Shown: positions 24,688 to 36,500 of the stretch, piece by piece
Layout of the letters: each line of letters begins with the position of its first letter
Numbering within the stretch: position 1 is the stretch's first letter
Source: Phoronis australis
Lineage: Eukaryota; Animalia; Phoronida
Direction: 5' to 3'
Length of the DNA stretch: 38,724 nucleotides
Assembly: GCA_002633005.1 (NCBI GenBank)
Contig: NMRA01001148.1
Location: 1 to 38,724, forward strand
The notes under the pieces: model-generated
Databases searched by the model: none
What the model saw: the letters and a program-made list of their open reading frames with translations, nothing else
What the model was told of the DNA's origin: nothing
Program-made: the position numbers and the translations under genes

Positions 24688-26469
24688 CACAAAAAGAAAC
24701 CGAAAGTGGCGTTGATGAAGTAATATCCCACGAAACATTATTCTGCGTCTCGACCCAGACCAAATACTTCACTCAGACTGTTCGTGGCGGATCTCGGCCT
24801 ATATCTATGTACTTGCGCGTTAGGTTGCAAGTTTTCTCTAGTAAGAGAGACAGTGAGTTCTAAATGTAACGATTTATTACTTGAAAAGAGATAACAAAGA
24901 TGAAAGCAACGGTAACTCGGCATTGAACTAGTAACATCTCCTGAAAATAGTTAAGTAACAATAATATTTCATATTGTAGTTACCGAGGAATCTGCACCTG
25001 AGTTGCAGACGACATAATATTAGCTATTGGAAACTGAGACAGAACTGCCATATACCCGGTTGTTAACAGTCCTGTTCTGGATGTTACGATTGAGGCCTGA
25101 TTGTAATTTAAGTGTTACTCATACTGTTCCAATTGCATTATTTTAAATTATTTTCCGAAAGTTTGATGATCGAACCAGCTACGACGTCGAGTCGACATTG
25201 AGTGACCTATCTTTTGAATTTTCCATGTCAGAGGTCGTTGTTGAAGTAGTGTGGGAGGTGAATGCGGAAAACATTATTGTTTGGCCGTATTGCACTCGAC
25301 TGATTCAACGCCTATGGGATAAATAGATGATACTGGCCTCATTTAGATACCCGTTCAGTGTCAAATGCTTGCTTTGGGAGGTAGAATTTGTGAGCCTTGA
25401 AGTCTCAGAATAGTGATTGTGGTTTGTTGGAGAAAGAAGTGGACAGTGTAGGAGACAGACTTTCTCATGATATTTAGTCTACAGGAGATAAGTTTATATA
25501 AAAGAAAAGACGAGAAGATTTGACAGTTAACAGTAAATATATTACAAACAGCAATTTAATAATGTACAATGAAGACATAGTTCAGTCACAAACAAAGAAC
25601 ATAAACAACAAAGCAGGCTTTTGTCCAACCTAACTAAATCGCTGAATCCACAAAGAAACAAAAAACGTGTATACAATACAAGTATATGAGGCCAGAAATA
25701 TTTACACCCCAACAGCACACTTGTTACCACTGCATCCGAATAAATAGTAAATGTAATTTTCCGTGAGACAGAGAACAGTACATAAATGACATTATATTTA
25801 AAGCCAATTACCATATGAACGTTTGTGTGCCACTCAAAATATTCAAATTTAATTAACACTTCGTCTCTTTAAAGTGTACACTTTTGGGTTTTTGAAAATA
25901 CATTATAACGTAGTTGTGGTACTAGTCATATCTGGGTAATGACAGCGACTGAAAAAGGTTTGATTAATCACAAGAAACCATATTTTGAAAAAATGAGAAA
26001 GTAAAAAAATTCACTCGTCTCCTTATAGTATCAAATTAATGTCAAAACTTCAATAAGGCGGTACAAAAAGACATTTGGAGCTTAGCACCCTTCATCAATG
26101 TCTCCACCTGTAAGGTTTAGCAACAATCTTTCAGGTGCAGGCAGGTGCAAAGCGTGTGGCAGACAGCATCTCAGTCACCATGGAGATGTGTTTTTAAAGC
26201 TTGGGTAAATTTATTTACACAGCATGCAAAACAGAGTACTGTAATTCTACAGACAGGGACAATGCTTGCTGACCTCTCAAAAATGAAATAATACCACAGG
26301 TACAGACAAAAATACATAATATTGCAATCTGTACAACCAAATAAAAAATAAATGAAAGCGCTCTGAAGAGCGACACTTGGTGAAATCGAAAATGTTAAGG
26401 TGAGATCGATGGCGAAAACCAAGAACATCAACATTCATGACCACGATTCTTATTACACTATGGTAACAT

Positions 26470-27220
26470 AATTAGATGACCTGTACGGAGATCTATTTCA
26501 AAATTCTATTTAAAAAGGTTCGGTGAAGGTATCGCGAAGCGACACCTCTGCAAGCATTATTCGAAAAATGGGCGTCACAGCGTCATCTTGCAAGCAATTT
26601 CGTCCAAGACCAAAATACCTTGCGCTATTTATTCAGTAAATATTGTACGAAAATTCCATGTCGATCAGTCGAAAAATGCTATCTCTAGCACATATATGCT
26701 AACAAAGTGCACTTATAAATAACTAGTCAACCGAGCAGTAAGTCACAAATATCGTGAAAACGGAAAATCGTAGAAACAAACAGATTTCACAATGCTGATA
26801 ACGCATATCAAATTTCAGACAGATCCGTCAAGGGACGCTAAAGTACGACACTAAAACTCAGTTATTTGGAGATCAGTCCTCGGAATATCTCGAATAACTC
26901 GACAACGGTGACACCAAAATATTTTCGATAGCCCTTGGAATGATCAATTCACAAAAAAATAGAAAAATCCCACCAGGAGCAACGAACTATGGCTCCGCAA
27001 ATGAAAAAGGAAAAAATGATCGTCATAGCACTGTCTTGTATCAGATTTCAGTCAAAAGCAATAGGCTTAGAGCGATTCCGTGAGATTCGTGTTGTGTGCA
27101 AATTTCACGTCGACCGGATATTAACTGTGATCCATAGCGTGCGAACAAAGGAACAAACAAAACAAAAAAACATGACAAAGCAACATAATTTGAGAGATTT
27201 CATTTTACCAAGTAATAAAT
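26470..27220 (+). mobile_element. Helentron/HINE-like non-autonomous element
   Basis: 5' small hairpin (AGGTATCGCGAAGCGACACCT), repeated AAATT(T/C)CA..GATC subunits, (ACAA)n tract and a decayed 3' hairpin ending AAGTAATAA. Confidence 0.55.
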
Positions 27221-30200
27221 ACTATCACGCAAGCTTAAAAACAAATACAGGCTTGGTAGAATAATAGAATGCCCAGTATCCACTTAACAAAAAATAACTT
27301 CATTATTGTTCATCAAGACCATTGGCTACTAGAAGTTCTTAGATAGCTAACGACCAAAATACATGGGCAGAGCAACACTGAAATGATTCACCAATGGACA
27401 TTTTATACATTAGGTCAACACCATACTACAAAGCTGGGAGTGAAAACGGATAGAGGTACTGCTGCAACAATTACTAATCCTGTGTGGTAACTTTATTCAA
27501 CATTTAGTTATACAACAAGTAAAAGTTTTAATCGGCGGATCCATTCTAATTGTTTTTCTTTGTTATAATAAAGATAACTGGCTAAATGTGAGCCCACGGT
27601 ACGATATCCAAGCGACCTGTGTTGTTATATTTAACACAGACGTAACAAAAGAAAACAGGGGTGGTGTCCTAGAGGCGATAATCATGCGACGCGTCTACGC
27701 GCGCCGCATGGATGTCGCAAGTTAAACAATACCTTGCGACCTCCATACGACATCACGTGGCATAGGTAATGGTCACCTCACCTTATACAACTGATGGGTC
27801 TCGAAATTTTCAATTGATTCAAATTATTTGTATGCTGGACAATTAAAAACATTTCAAAAACAGAAAATGTAGACTCGGATAAAGCCTCAAGCTCCAAAAT
27901 TCAGAGCCCTCTGTCGGCTTCATTCGTTAGCATTAATACAGTGTAGCTTGACTTCAGTGCAAACAGTCCCAACCACTGTATATGCGCGTATTGAAGTGTT
28001 TCGCGTAAAGACTTGTATACTCGGGAACCCAATGGTCGTCCGCCTAAGCATAAAACCGACTTGCTGTTGTACTCACCGAATTATTCCACTTCAAAGTTAT
28101 GATCTGAATAGGATTCGATTTAACTCTCACAGATATACCACATTCATCGATTCGGAAGTTTTCTTTAATTTGTGCCGAGTTATTTCAAATGTGCACTGCA
28201 ATCGGCAGCCATTTTATTGTGACACCTAAGGTCGTCATATGCTGCCCCCTTTCGTAAAAACTGAGAAACATGCAGAAAAAGGCCAACGAAGTAATGAAAA
28301 TTGCAACAGCCTGTTTTTATTGACATAAACTCGATTTGAAGCTTTGATGTTGAGCTCTGCACTGTGGTTTCCAATAAAAGCCAATTGGACAACATTTCAA
28401 TGCAGTTTAATGGTGAATGCGTGAGGCAAAAATGTTAAGAACCCAGCGTATCGCATTTGTCTGCGGATTTTTCCTTTGGCCTTCTAGATCCTACTAGTGC
28501 CTGGGACAAACAGATACATTGCATAAACAAACCCTGGATCATGTTTTGTGTCCCGTCGGAAGAAAATTTAAATTCGAAAACATCTTCTGAAAACGCACAA
28601 AAAAGTGTATTAGTAAAATCTACTGATTTTTAAGTGGTTTTAAAAAACAATCGGTAAACTCACCGATTTTTGTCTCATTACTTTGATACGTGTCTCTTCC
28701 GATAAGTTAGTACCTAACGTGCACACGAGCACTCCAAATTGGAACGCTAAGTCCCGCGTGGTTGCGCTGCACGCGAAACAAGATGGCGGACGACCTTTGG
28801 AGCCTGACGACAATAGGTAACCGGACTATATACATGCTTCATTTATGTGCGCAAATTAAATAACCCTAGGAAATGTATATGTTTTAATTTTTTTCATGTT
28901 TGTCTTTTTCCACCATTTGTATTTTTTGCCACAGATATTTTCACTTCGACCACTTCCCGATATAAATTCTGTACTCAAATTAGAGGTGCCTGATTTCTTC
29001 AGTTGGAAAACAATAACTGCCCTTTATTGTTTGAGACCCTCGCTAGTTCCTGCGAGTAGATAACACACAGGTATTATTCAGTAGCACGGGCATTATGACT
29101 GTAACCTCGGCAGTCATTGGTTAGCTTTACAACAAAGAAAGAAAATGCTGGACTGTGAACGATTTTAGATTTGTCATGCAAGTGTCGTCGCAGCAACTAT
29201 TTCGTTTCTATAAGTGATCTTTAAAAGCCACGTCCTTGAAGCACATACATGTGCAATAAACACATTTCTGGCCAATTTAACTAGCGTGTTATTCATGCTG
29301 TGAGATTACAGGACAGCAACGTGAACAAAAGTCAGCGACAGCAGAAAAATGCACTCCGAAAAGACTCAACCACAATTTTCTACGATTCACGTCTCTTGAA
29401 CATGAATTAAGCGCCGGTTTGTCTCTACAACAGACCACATTTACATTTCCTCCACCAGTCATGCCAGTTTGTTTGCGTAAAGCGCTACTTGTTGAGAATT
29501 CGACCAAACAGAAACGCCGGTGTAAAAAATTCCCGAGCAAATTAAATACGTGCATGTGTTCAACCATCTAGCGACACACAAGAAACCAACGAGCTTTGAG
29601 ACCATGCCCGTCTCCGGCAATGTCCCGCCGTAACAATGCTGGTCAACCAATGACGAAATGCCATTTCTTTTCAAACTCAGAAACCAACAATAACTTCCCA
29701 AAAGAAGTAAATGAGATCGAATATAGAACTGTACATGATATCAAGTAAATGTCAGCTTTTGAGAGGGAAGACGGGTCTATATAGCCGGTTTACTGTTGAA
29801 GTGAGTATATGTCAACATGTGCTATTTGCATCGGACCTCTTCACCTACAAGCTGTATGAAAAAGAAGAATAAAATCTCGTATATTCAGTGATTTAACATT
29901 AGGAGAACTGGTATAACGTCAAAAATCGAACCCAATGAAATGCCGGAGATATCAGTTACAGAAAACCGTCGTTGGTGCGACTTTTTTCAAATTCAATGGT
30001 ACTTTCGAGCGCAGTTGATGGGGGTGTGATTCATAAAACGACGACTTTCACTGATGAAGCCACTGCACTCTTTTTGGCGTACACAAACTATCTATCACCC
30101 AGCTACTTCGTACCTGCGGGAATCCACTGATATAGCCGTAAGGTTTACAATGCATCATTGGTTCACTTTAAGCAGGCACGCCCACAAATACAATCATCCT

Positions 30201-30244
30201 GTCAATAACATAAGCCTTTAAAAACTGCATTATGACTGGCTCAG

Positions 30245-30282
30245 TATAAAATCTGACTGCCTACATATTAAAGATGGTCAGT
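30245..30282 (+). promoter_or_regulatory. TATA box and Inr-like motif of the secreted peptide gene
   Basis: TATAAAA at 30245-30251; TCAGT at 30278-30282; ATG 85 bp downstream of the TATA start. Confidence 0.6.
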
Positions 30283-30329
30283 GGCATCATAACATATCTA
30301 GACGCCGTCATCGACGTGACAAGTTGACA

Positions 30330-30341
30330 ATGAAGACGTTG
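30330..30341 (+). CDS. Exon 1 (MKTL) of secreted cationic Cys-rich prepropeptide
   Basis: ACA-ATG-AAG-ACG-TTG|GTAAGT: A at -3, consensus donor, phase 0. Completes the signal peptide MKTLILLCAVFGILVGRLNA. Confidence 0.7.
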
Positions 30342-31969
30342 GTAAGTTGAGTACACCATCAAATTTATCTGAAGTGACGACAAACTAAAATATTTCTTTA
30401 ATCATTTTTACTTTTCAGTCATGAAATCTCCATCACATTTATATAACATTCGTGACTGAGTGTCAGATTTAAGACCACTGTTAGGGTAAAGCCCTTTAGG
30501 TTGACAAACGTTTTGCAGCGAAGGTATGATGTAGACATTAGAATACACGTGTCTAAGTAAACAATTTCATCTGGATGGAGATTGGTAACACTGAAAGGGT
30601 TCATCTATTCACAGTCCATATGAACGCACCTTGCTCTGAGAACTTGCTACCTCTCAGAGTCACGGGTTTAAGGTTATGAGTATGAATCGTGCAAAAATGT
30701 TAAAATTTCCTACCATCATATCTCTCATATGCGGCTGACCGGATTCAAACGAAACTTTAGTAACTTTAAGTACTTTTGCATTCTTCTCCAAAATTCTTAG
30801 AACTGTGTTTGATATATTTTATTTTTTGCACAAAGAACATTTGAAATATGAGACTTGTATGGTTTTATAATAATAATTTATGAAACTTTATCAGTGTTTT
30901 TGAGAGTTCACCTTGAATATGTTTATACAGCAAAAGGATTTTGACGTGATTATTTTCCAATGAATGTAACATTCTTTTTTAATGTTGCTGAAAACAATGC
31001 ACTGTCACGTGACCCAGTTAGTGTCAAATAACTTATGCCACGTTCATTCGATACGAAGTTCGTCTTTTTCCGTGTGACGTTATTATGAACATTACCATTA
31101 TACAGCTTTCGCAACGATTTTGGTGCGTTTTCCTTATTTTCGAATAAATTAAAATACGTAGGCTATCAAGTAAAGCTCCAGGGCTATGCAGATAGGCACT
31201 GTTATCTTGGCAAAAGTCTCCATCGCATCTCCCGTTTAATGTATTCAAAATGCTTCTTAAATCGTTGAGTTTCCACACTTCGAACTAAGAATACCGACCT
31301 CAAGTCCACTACCTCAATGACTACATTGCTCAGTTAATTAAGGTAACTGTGAATTTTATTTTCCAGGTTCTACTTACGTACAAATATCTTAAATTGTGTT
31401 AGCTGTAACCCCTACAAAATGTATATTTTTGAATGTAAATAGGTAAATAAAACAACAAGAATGGATCACCTGAAATTTTCGGATGTAATAACTTCCTTTG
31501 TCAACAGAAATTTTGAAAAATGAATAAATGTGCTAACAAATTGTATTAGAGATTTTTAAAGAGTTGTTCCTCCACCCCCTCTGAAACTCTGAAATGTTCC
31601 TCGAATGGTAATCAACAACGACAACAACGAGATGGCTAATGAAGTCTGCAAGATGCTAAAATTTCAAAACAAATTTAGTTTTGTGTAATGCTTTCGTGAT
31701 TTTAGAGGCATTGGGAGTTCTGGTCGACGACTATGCACTCCTTTTCGAGTTTTGAAATCCGATCTGCCAATTTGTACTGTAAACACAAGTTTAAGCGGTT
31801 TATAAATGTTATTTTAACAACACCAACAATTCCAAAGATTCTTATGTTCACGATGACACTGGTCATGAAGGTGACGTCATTTAGAAGGTTAGCATGACAA
31901 CCTAAGGACTTTGTAACTAAAATCGTGAGTTCAGATACAAAAATGATTGTCTTCATTTGACATTTCTAG

Positions 31970-32283
31970 ATCCTATTGTGCGCCGTGTTTGGGATTCTTG
32001 TGGGACGGCTTAATGCCGAAGAAGGGGACCAAGCTGGCGATGAATTGGTTAATTACGAAGAGGAAGAAGAGATGCTTCGTGAACTTAACAATGTTCTCCA
32101 TGATGACGACACTGATGACATGGAAAATGTGGACGAGACGCTAGGTGAAACGAAAGCAGAAGGCTCGTTGGATGAAAGTCAGAGAGGAAATTTGCCGAGG
32201 TGTCGTATGCGCTTGAAGAGGCTTAAATCATATAATAAGTGCTATGCCCTGAACCGACCTCTCGTTTATCGTTACTGCGTCAG
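31970..32283 (+). CDS. Exon 2: signal peptide core, acidic propiece, first part of mature peptide
   Basis: Acceptor TTTCTAG|ATC (phase 0); open frame ILLCAVFG...YRYCV; donor AG|GTAAGT (phase 2). Confidence 0.88.
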
Positions 32284-32665
32284 GTAAGTAAGTCTAAGTA
32301 GGCTTAAAACAATTCGTTGTAGAAAATTATTTAGCGTCATTCTGAACCCTTTCAAATTTCATATGCAATGCAGTTAATCGCTATTATATGTGTCATTTAT
32401 ATAGTGGAAAAATGGGGAGAACGATAAAGGTCAAAACATTGGCACACTTAATCGCTTATGCTTTTTATCCAGGTTCTAATTTTCTCCGTTAAAAGGTCTC
32501 AGATCGACCATCGAGAGAGATGAAGTTGTTTGGAGATGGGATAGAGTAGTCTTAACTATAATAATTGTTAAACAATATACCTGACGGAAAAACTATACAG
32601 GAGGTATGTTTTGAAGTTTTATTCTACACAGCCCAGCTGACTAAGTTTGTTTTATTACATTGCAG

Positions 32666-32798
32666 CGCTAGATGCATGTGGAAGGGACGAAAGGTAGCTT
32701 GCGCCAATAAGAGGAGGTTAACTCCGCGTTACATTAAATGCAGAGGATGTCGTCCAGTGAAAGTCGCCATACCAATAGTATCTTGCCGATGCAAATGA
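32666..32798 (+). CDS. Exon 3: C-terminal part of mature peptide ending CRCK-stop
   Basis: Branch-like CTGAC/CTAAG, pyrimidine-rich tract and TTGCAG|C acceptor. Phase 2 matches exon 2 (AG+C = Ser). Reads ARCMWKGRKVACANKRRLTPRYIKCRGCRPVKVAIPIVSCRCK*. Confidence 0.88.
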
Positions 32799-32935
32799 AA
32801 TAAGACGTATGTGCAGAAGCAATGTAACCGTTACACGCGCAATTATGGAGCATTCTTGATTATTTGCGGTAAAGGTTGCGCATACTGTTATTTTGATACT
32901 GGCGTCCGCACGTAATTCCTAGATTCAAGACATTC

Positions 32936-32936
32936 G

Positions 32937-32972
<36 letters not shown>

Positions 32973-32986
32973 CATACATACATACA

Positions 32987-33018
<32 letters not shown>

Positions 33019-33022
33019 CACA
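32936..33022. repeat. Compound (TACA)n/(CA)n microsatellite
   Basis: Directly visible. Confidence 0.97.
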
Positions 33023-33344
33023 TTTATCACTATAATTGGGCAGTGATCTTTCTGGTATACATATTTCATTGAAGACACGACTTTGATATGTTTTTACTAG
33101 TTTAATTTCAGTTCTTTCCAAGTGTGTGAGTAGTGATCTTGTCTTTACATCAACATGTGGGGATGAAAATACAGGCGACATCAGTAGGTAACATAATTTA
33201 AAAAGCGATATTTCGAGACACATATCTCATCTTCAGGCTACTATTTACAACTAGATAACAGTGAAATGCACATCAGAAATGACAAATTCAATATAATAAG
33301 TGAAGTTGGCATGCGCAACAATGACGATAAAAACATTTATAAAT
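33023..33344 (-). mobile_element. Solo pLTR of a second Naiad-like PLE family
   Basis: Hammerhead followed by ORF N-terminus KTRSLLTHLERTEIKLVKTYQSRVFNEICIPERSLPNYS, similar to the 10.3-10.7 kb pLTR peptide. GTACATACAT on both flanks (32936, 33345). Confidence 0.75.
33204..33239 (-). ncRNA. Minimal hammerhead ribozyme
   Basis: AGC-CTGAAGA-T-GAGAT-ATGT-GTCTC-GAAA-TATC-GCT. Confidence 0.75.
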
Positions 33345-34447
33345 GTACATACATTGCTGTGTAACAGAATCTATAGATCACCTAAATGATGAAAGAGTTC
33401 TTAGAGTTCCAGTTAGCTGTTCGCTGGGACGCTGAAGAAAACGTCAACACTAAAAAATGCCCATTAGCATGAGCTCAATACATAAAAATTGACACCCTGC
33501 AAAATTAGAAGTTTTGAGCCTGTTTCGAGAGAATCACCCAGTACAGCCCATAAACATCTTCCATGCCACCTGGGTCAATTGTGTGTCTGGTCGTAGATAC
33601 GGGGTCGTATTCACGAGATTGCGAATGTGGTGTTTCTTTGATAGAGATGAACCATCGCAAATTCTACCGTACACCGTATTCGTGCTCAATAAGCTAGCTA
33701 TGCCAGTGAAACTTAGGGTAGACATATAGGTACGACCGGGCATACAATCCGTGACAGAACAGGGAAGAGGATGATTTTCCACAAATTTATGCCGTACAAC
33801 GTTTTCTTTTGTCCTCGAAAAGGTCAATGGCAACGAGCAGAAGGCGCGACGATGACTTTCTCTTGCACAGTTTAAAATACATGTATTATTGACAATTGGC
33901 CTAATGGTTGCTGCCCGTCATACCTATCTCACTGACACTAACTTAAATTTGCTAATAGATGAGATTCAATTCCATCGAATTTGTTACGCTAACATGTGTC
34001 TACTAACGAAATAAATATTACAATAACAGCGTCAAGTGTTAATTGTTTAATTTTAAGGATTTCTTGGGACTTTGAGCAGCAATCCCTTTCTTTCAACGCT
34101 TGCAAGTGTTGATTCCCCATTTGCCTTGGTGACTCCTATCGGCACATCGCAAACTATTTATATTAAACTATGCTACAAAAGACTGATATCATTATTTTCC
34201 AATTGCAGACCAAGCATACAGTCCCTACTAAGTCCACCTATAATTTCAAGTGTCACCATAGGTTGTTTTCCGTAGACACAAGACACTTGCGAGCACGGAT
34301 AGTGCAGTGAGTCATGTGCTTCGGTTGCCGAATACACATCTCAAGTGACTTGCGTTTTTGTGTGCGAGTTTCCATGTTGCGTCTACGCAACGTACGCTCT
34401 CTCAAATTTCATGGCTCACTGGTGAGGTCCCAAAGTAGGCAGTGGTA

Positions 34448-34900
34448 AGATTATAAACCGGACGATCGCCGCACAAATGAAGAATTCCATGTTAAATCAA
34501 CGTTTCGTCTATTCATCAGAGAAAAGCAACATATATAGACACTGTGTTAGCAACAATCACCAAACCAATTCAGTTAGTGTTATCTGCAGAGAAACTAAAA
34601 AGGAAATAGCGTACATTAAAGTCATTGGCCATTCAGAACCAGCATGCTGCTGATTCTCTGAACGACATGCAGAGCTCAGTGACCCTGCAACTATGGTGAT
34701 GACCAGCCACTGACTATATTCTCTGTATTTCTCACTTCACTTCATGGTAGTCACCTGAGCTGTATGTTGGCACTTGCTGTCCTATGTAAATATCCTGATG
34801 ATGTCTAATAAATAGACGAAACGTTGATTTAACATGAACTTCCTCATTTGTGCGGTGATCGTCCGGTTTTCAATCTTACTGTGGCCAAGAACTGATTTAA
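34448..34900 (+). mobile_element. Short PLE insertion (same family as 11878-13194) with inverted partial pLTR
   Basis: 34520-34880 is the reverse-complement homologue of ~11878-12240; 34448-34520 is an inverted copy of 34804-34876. Perfect 12-bp TSD TAGGCAGTGGTA (34436-34447, 34901-34912). Confidence 0.9.
34792..34828 (+). ncRNA. Minimal hammerhead ribozyme, intact core
   Basis: ATC-CTGATGA-T-GTCTA-ATAAA-TAGAC-GAAAC-GTT-GAT. Confidence 0.8.
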
Positions 34901-35149
34901 TAGGCAGTGGTAGTTTCCCATTAAAATAATACTCATTTCGAAATATAGCACATAAAGAAGGCGAGTATAAAGCTATGAGTTATAAGTAAAACTGGGAAGA
35001 GATAACCAGGATCTTGGTTATCTCTTCCTGGTAAAACATAACATGACTCTGAAGGTAATTTACTAAACATAATTTGAACATGTCCATGAACGTCTGTTGA
35101 ATTTCACTTAAGCTTCCCTCTTCCGCCACCATTGTGATGACGTTTCAGA

Positions 35150-36500
35150 TATACTGTATTCCAAGTACATAGATTTCAAGACTTTAAGTAAGTTACCATG
35201 GACACCAATTTTTTGTAATCTAATACCACAGTAACACATGAGGAACTCTGTCAAATGCCCTCTAAATGTCGAAAAAAGCACAATAAAAACCACCCCCGTG
35301 CTAAGTGTTGTACCTTTGCCTTGGGTGCAATAGCCGATGCGGAATCCCGCCTGTGATTCACGACGTTCGTCATTTGCCTCAGCCCAGGTGCTAAGGCTTG
35401 GGTTCAACCCATGACGTTAACATATTTATTTTTTTTTAATTTTGCGTGTTTCTTTATGAGTTGTGCACTAATGGCACTAAAATTAAGTAAGATATAATAA
35501 TAAAATTTATTTTGAGGTACTAGAGTCATGTTGTGTACACTTTAATAATTTGGTGAACAGCTTTCCTACAGCTGAAAGCAATGAGATACCTCTATAATTG
35601 TTCTCATCTTCAGTGTTACCCTATTTAAGTATGGGAACACTTATTGCGTCACACCTAGACTAACCCTGTGGGCAGTGACCTGTATAGCGAGAATCCATTG
35701 AAAAGCAGTTCCAATACACGAACAGTAACTAGCTACCCTTGTACTCTTCAACATCTCAAACAAAACATGATCAAAGCCGACTGCTTTGCCATTTGGAAGA
35801 TTCAGTAAAGAGCAGTCAATTCAATCACATGATAAACAAGTATTCGGATCACTGGGTAACTTTTGGTCACAAGCATCAAAGTAATTGTCATGATTTTCTT
35901 GTTGTCTTTCGGCCGCATTTGACATAGTGTCGCTCAATTCTATCTAGGACTATAATGTTCATATTACTCCCAGGTTCTATCCGTCCATTGAGCAACGAAT
36001 TATAATAAACGTACCACTGTTTTGGAGTTATCAAAGTTTCCTTCGGACTACAATTAAAATTTGATGTTACCAGAGCCCTTAATTGCTTTGGATTATTTCT
36101 GCTATCCGAAATATTTTCTAGCAACTTCGATTGACGCTCTTTTTTTCATTGAATAGTATGCGAAATTGTTTCTTATTTTCTTTGTGTAGGCCTACTGCCA
36201 ATTTTCCAGGAGAGGAATATCTGCGAAAAATATTCAAAGATGGATTTTTAGGTTTTTGCAGTTTGAATTCTTTGTCCCACCAAGGGGGTTGTTTTCTCTG
36301 CCGTTTAGCATAAACACGTTTCTTTTTAAACATTGCCATCGATGCAGCAGTTTATTTATACAGATTTGTGACACCATCTGTTGCACTTTCTATGTCGCTA
36401 CGGGAAATCTGTTCAACTATTCGATCTAGACTTTCTGATAGGCAATTTGAGAACACTTCATGGAATTCTGCTACACGGCCACAGTCCCACTCTAGGTGAG
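35150..36500 (-). mobile_element. LINE fragment paralogous to 600-1400, interrupted by a ~145-bp insert (~35397-35543)
   Basis: LSTWAEANDERRESQAGFRIGY and QPPWWDKE linker; collinear DNA similarity to the copy at the window start; insert ends TACACTTTAA. Confidence 0.9.

Noticed and set aside
30405-30424. Strong acceptor at 30418 as exon 2 of the peptide gene
   Set aside because: Splicing there gives MKTLS-stop. The 31970 acceptor gives a complete signal peptide. It remains a possible non-productive isoform.
33534-33833. 99-aa minus-strand ORF
   Set aside because: Non-ATG start, no recognisable domain and no convincing splice sites.
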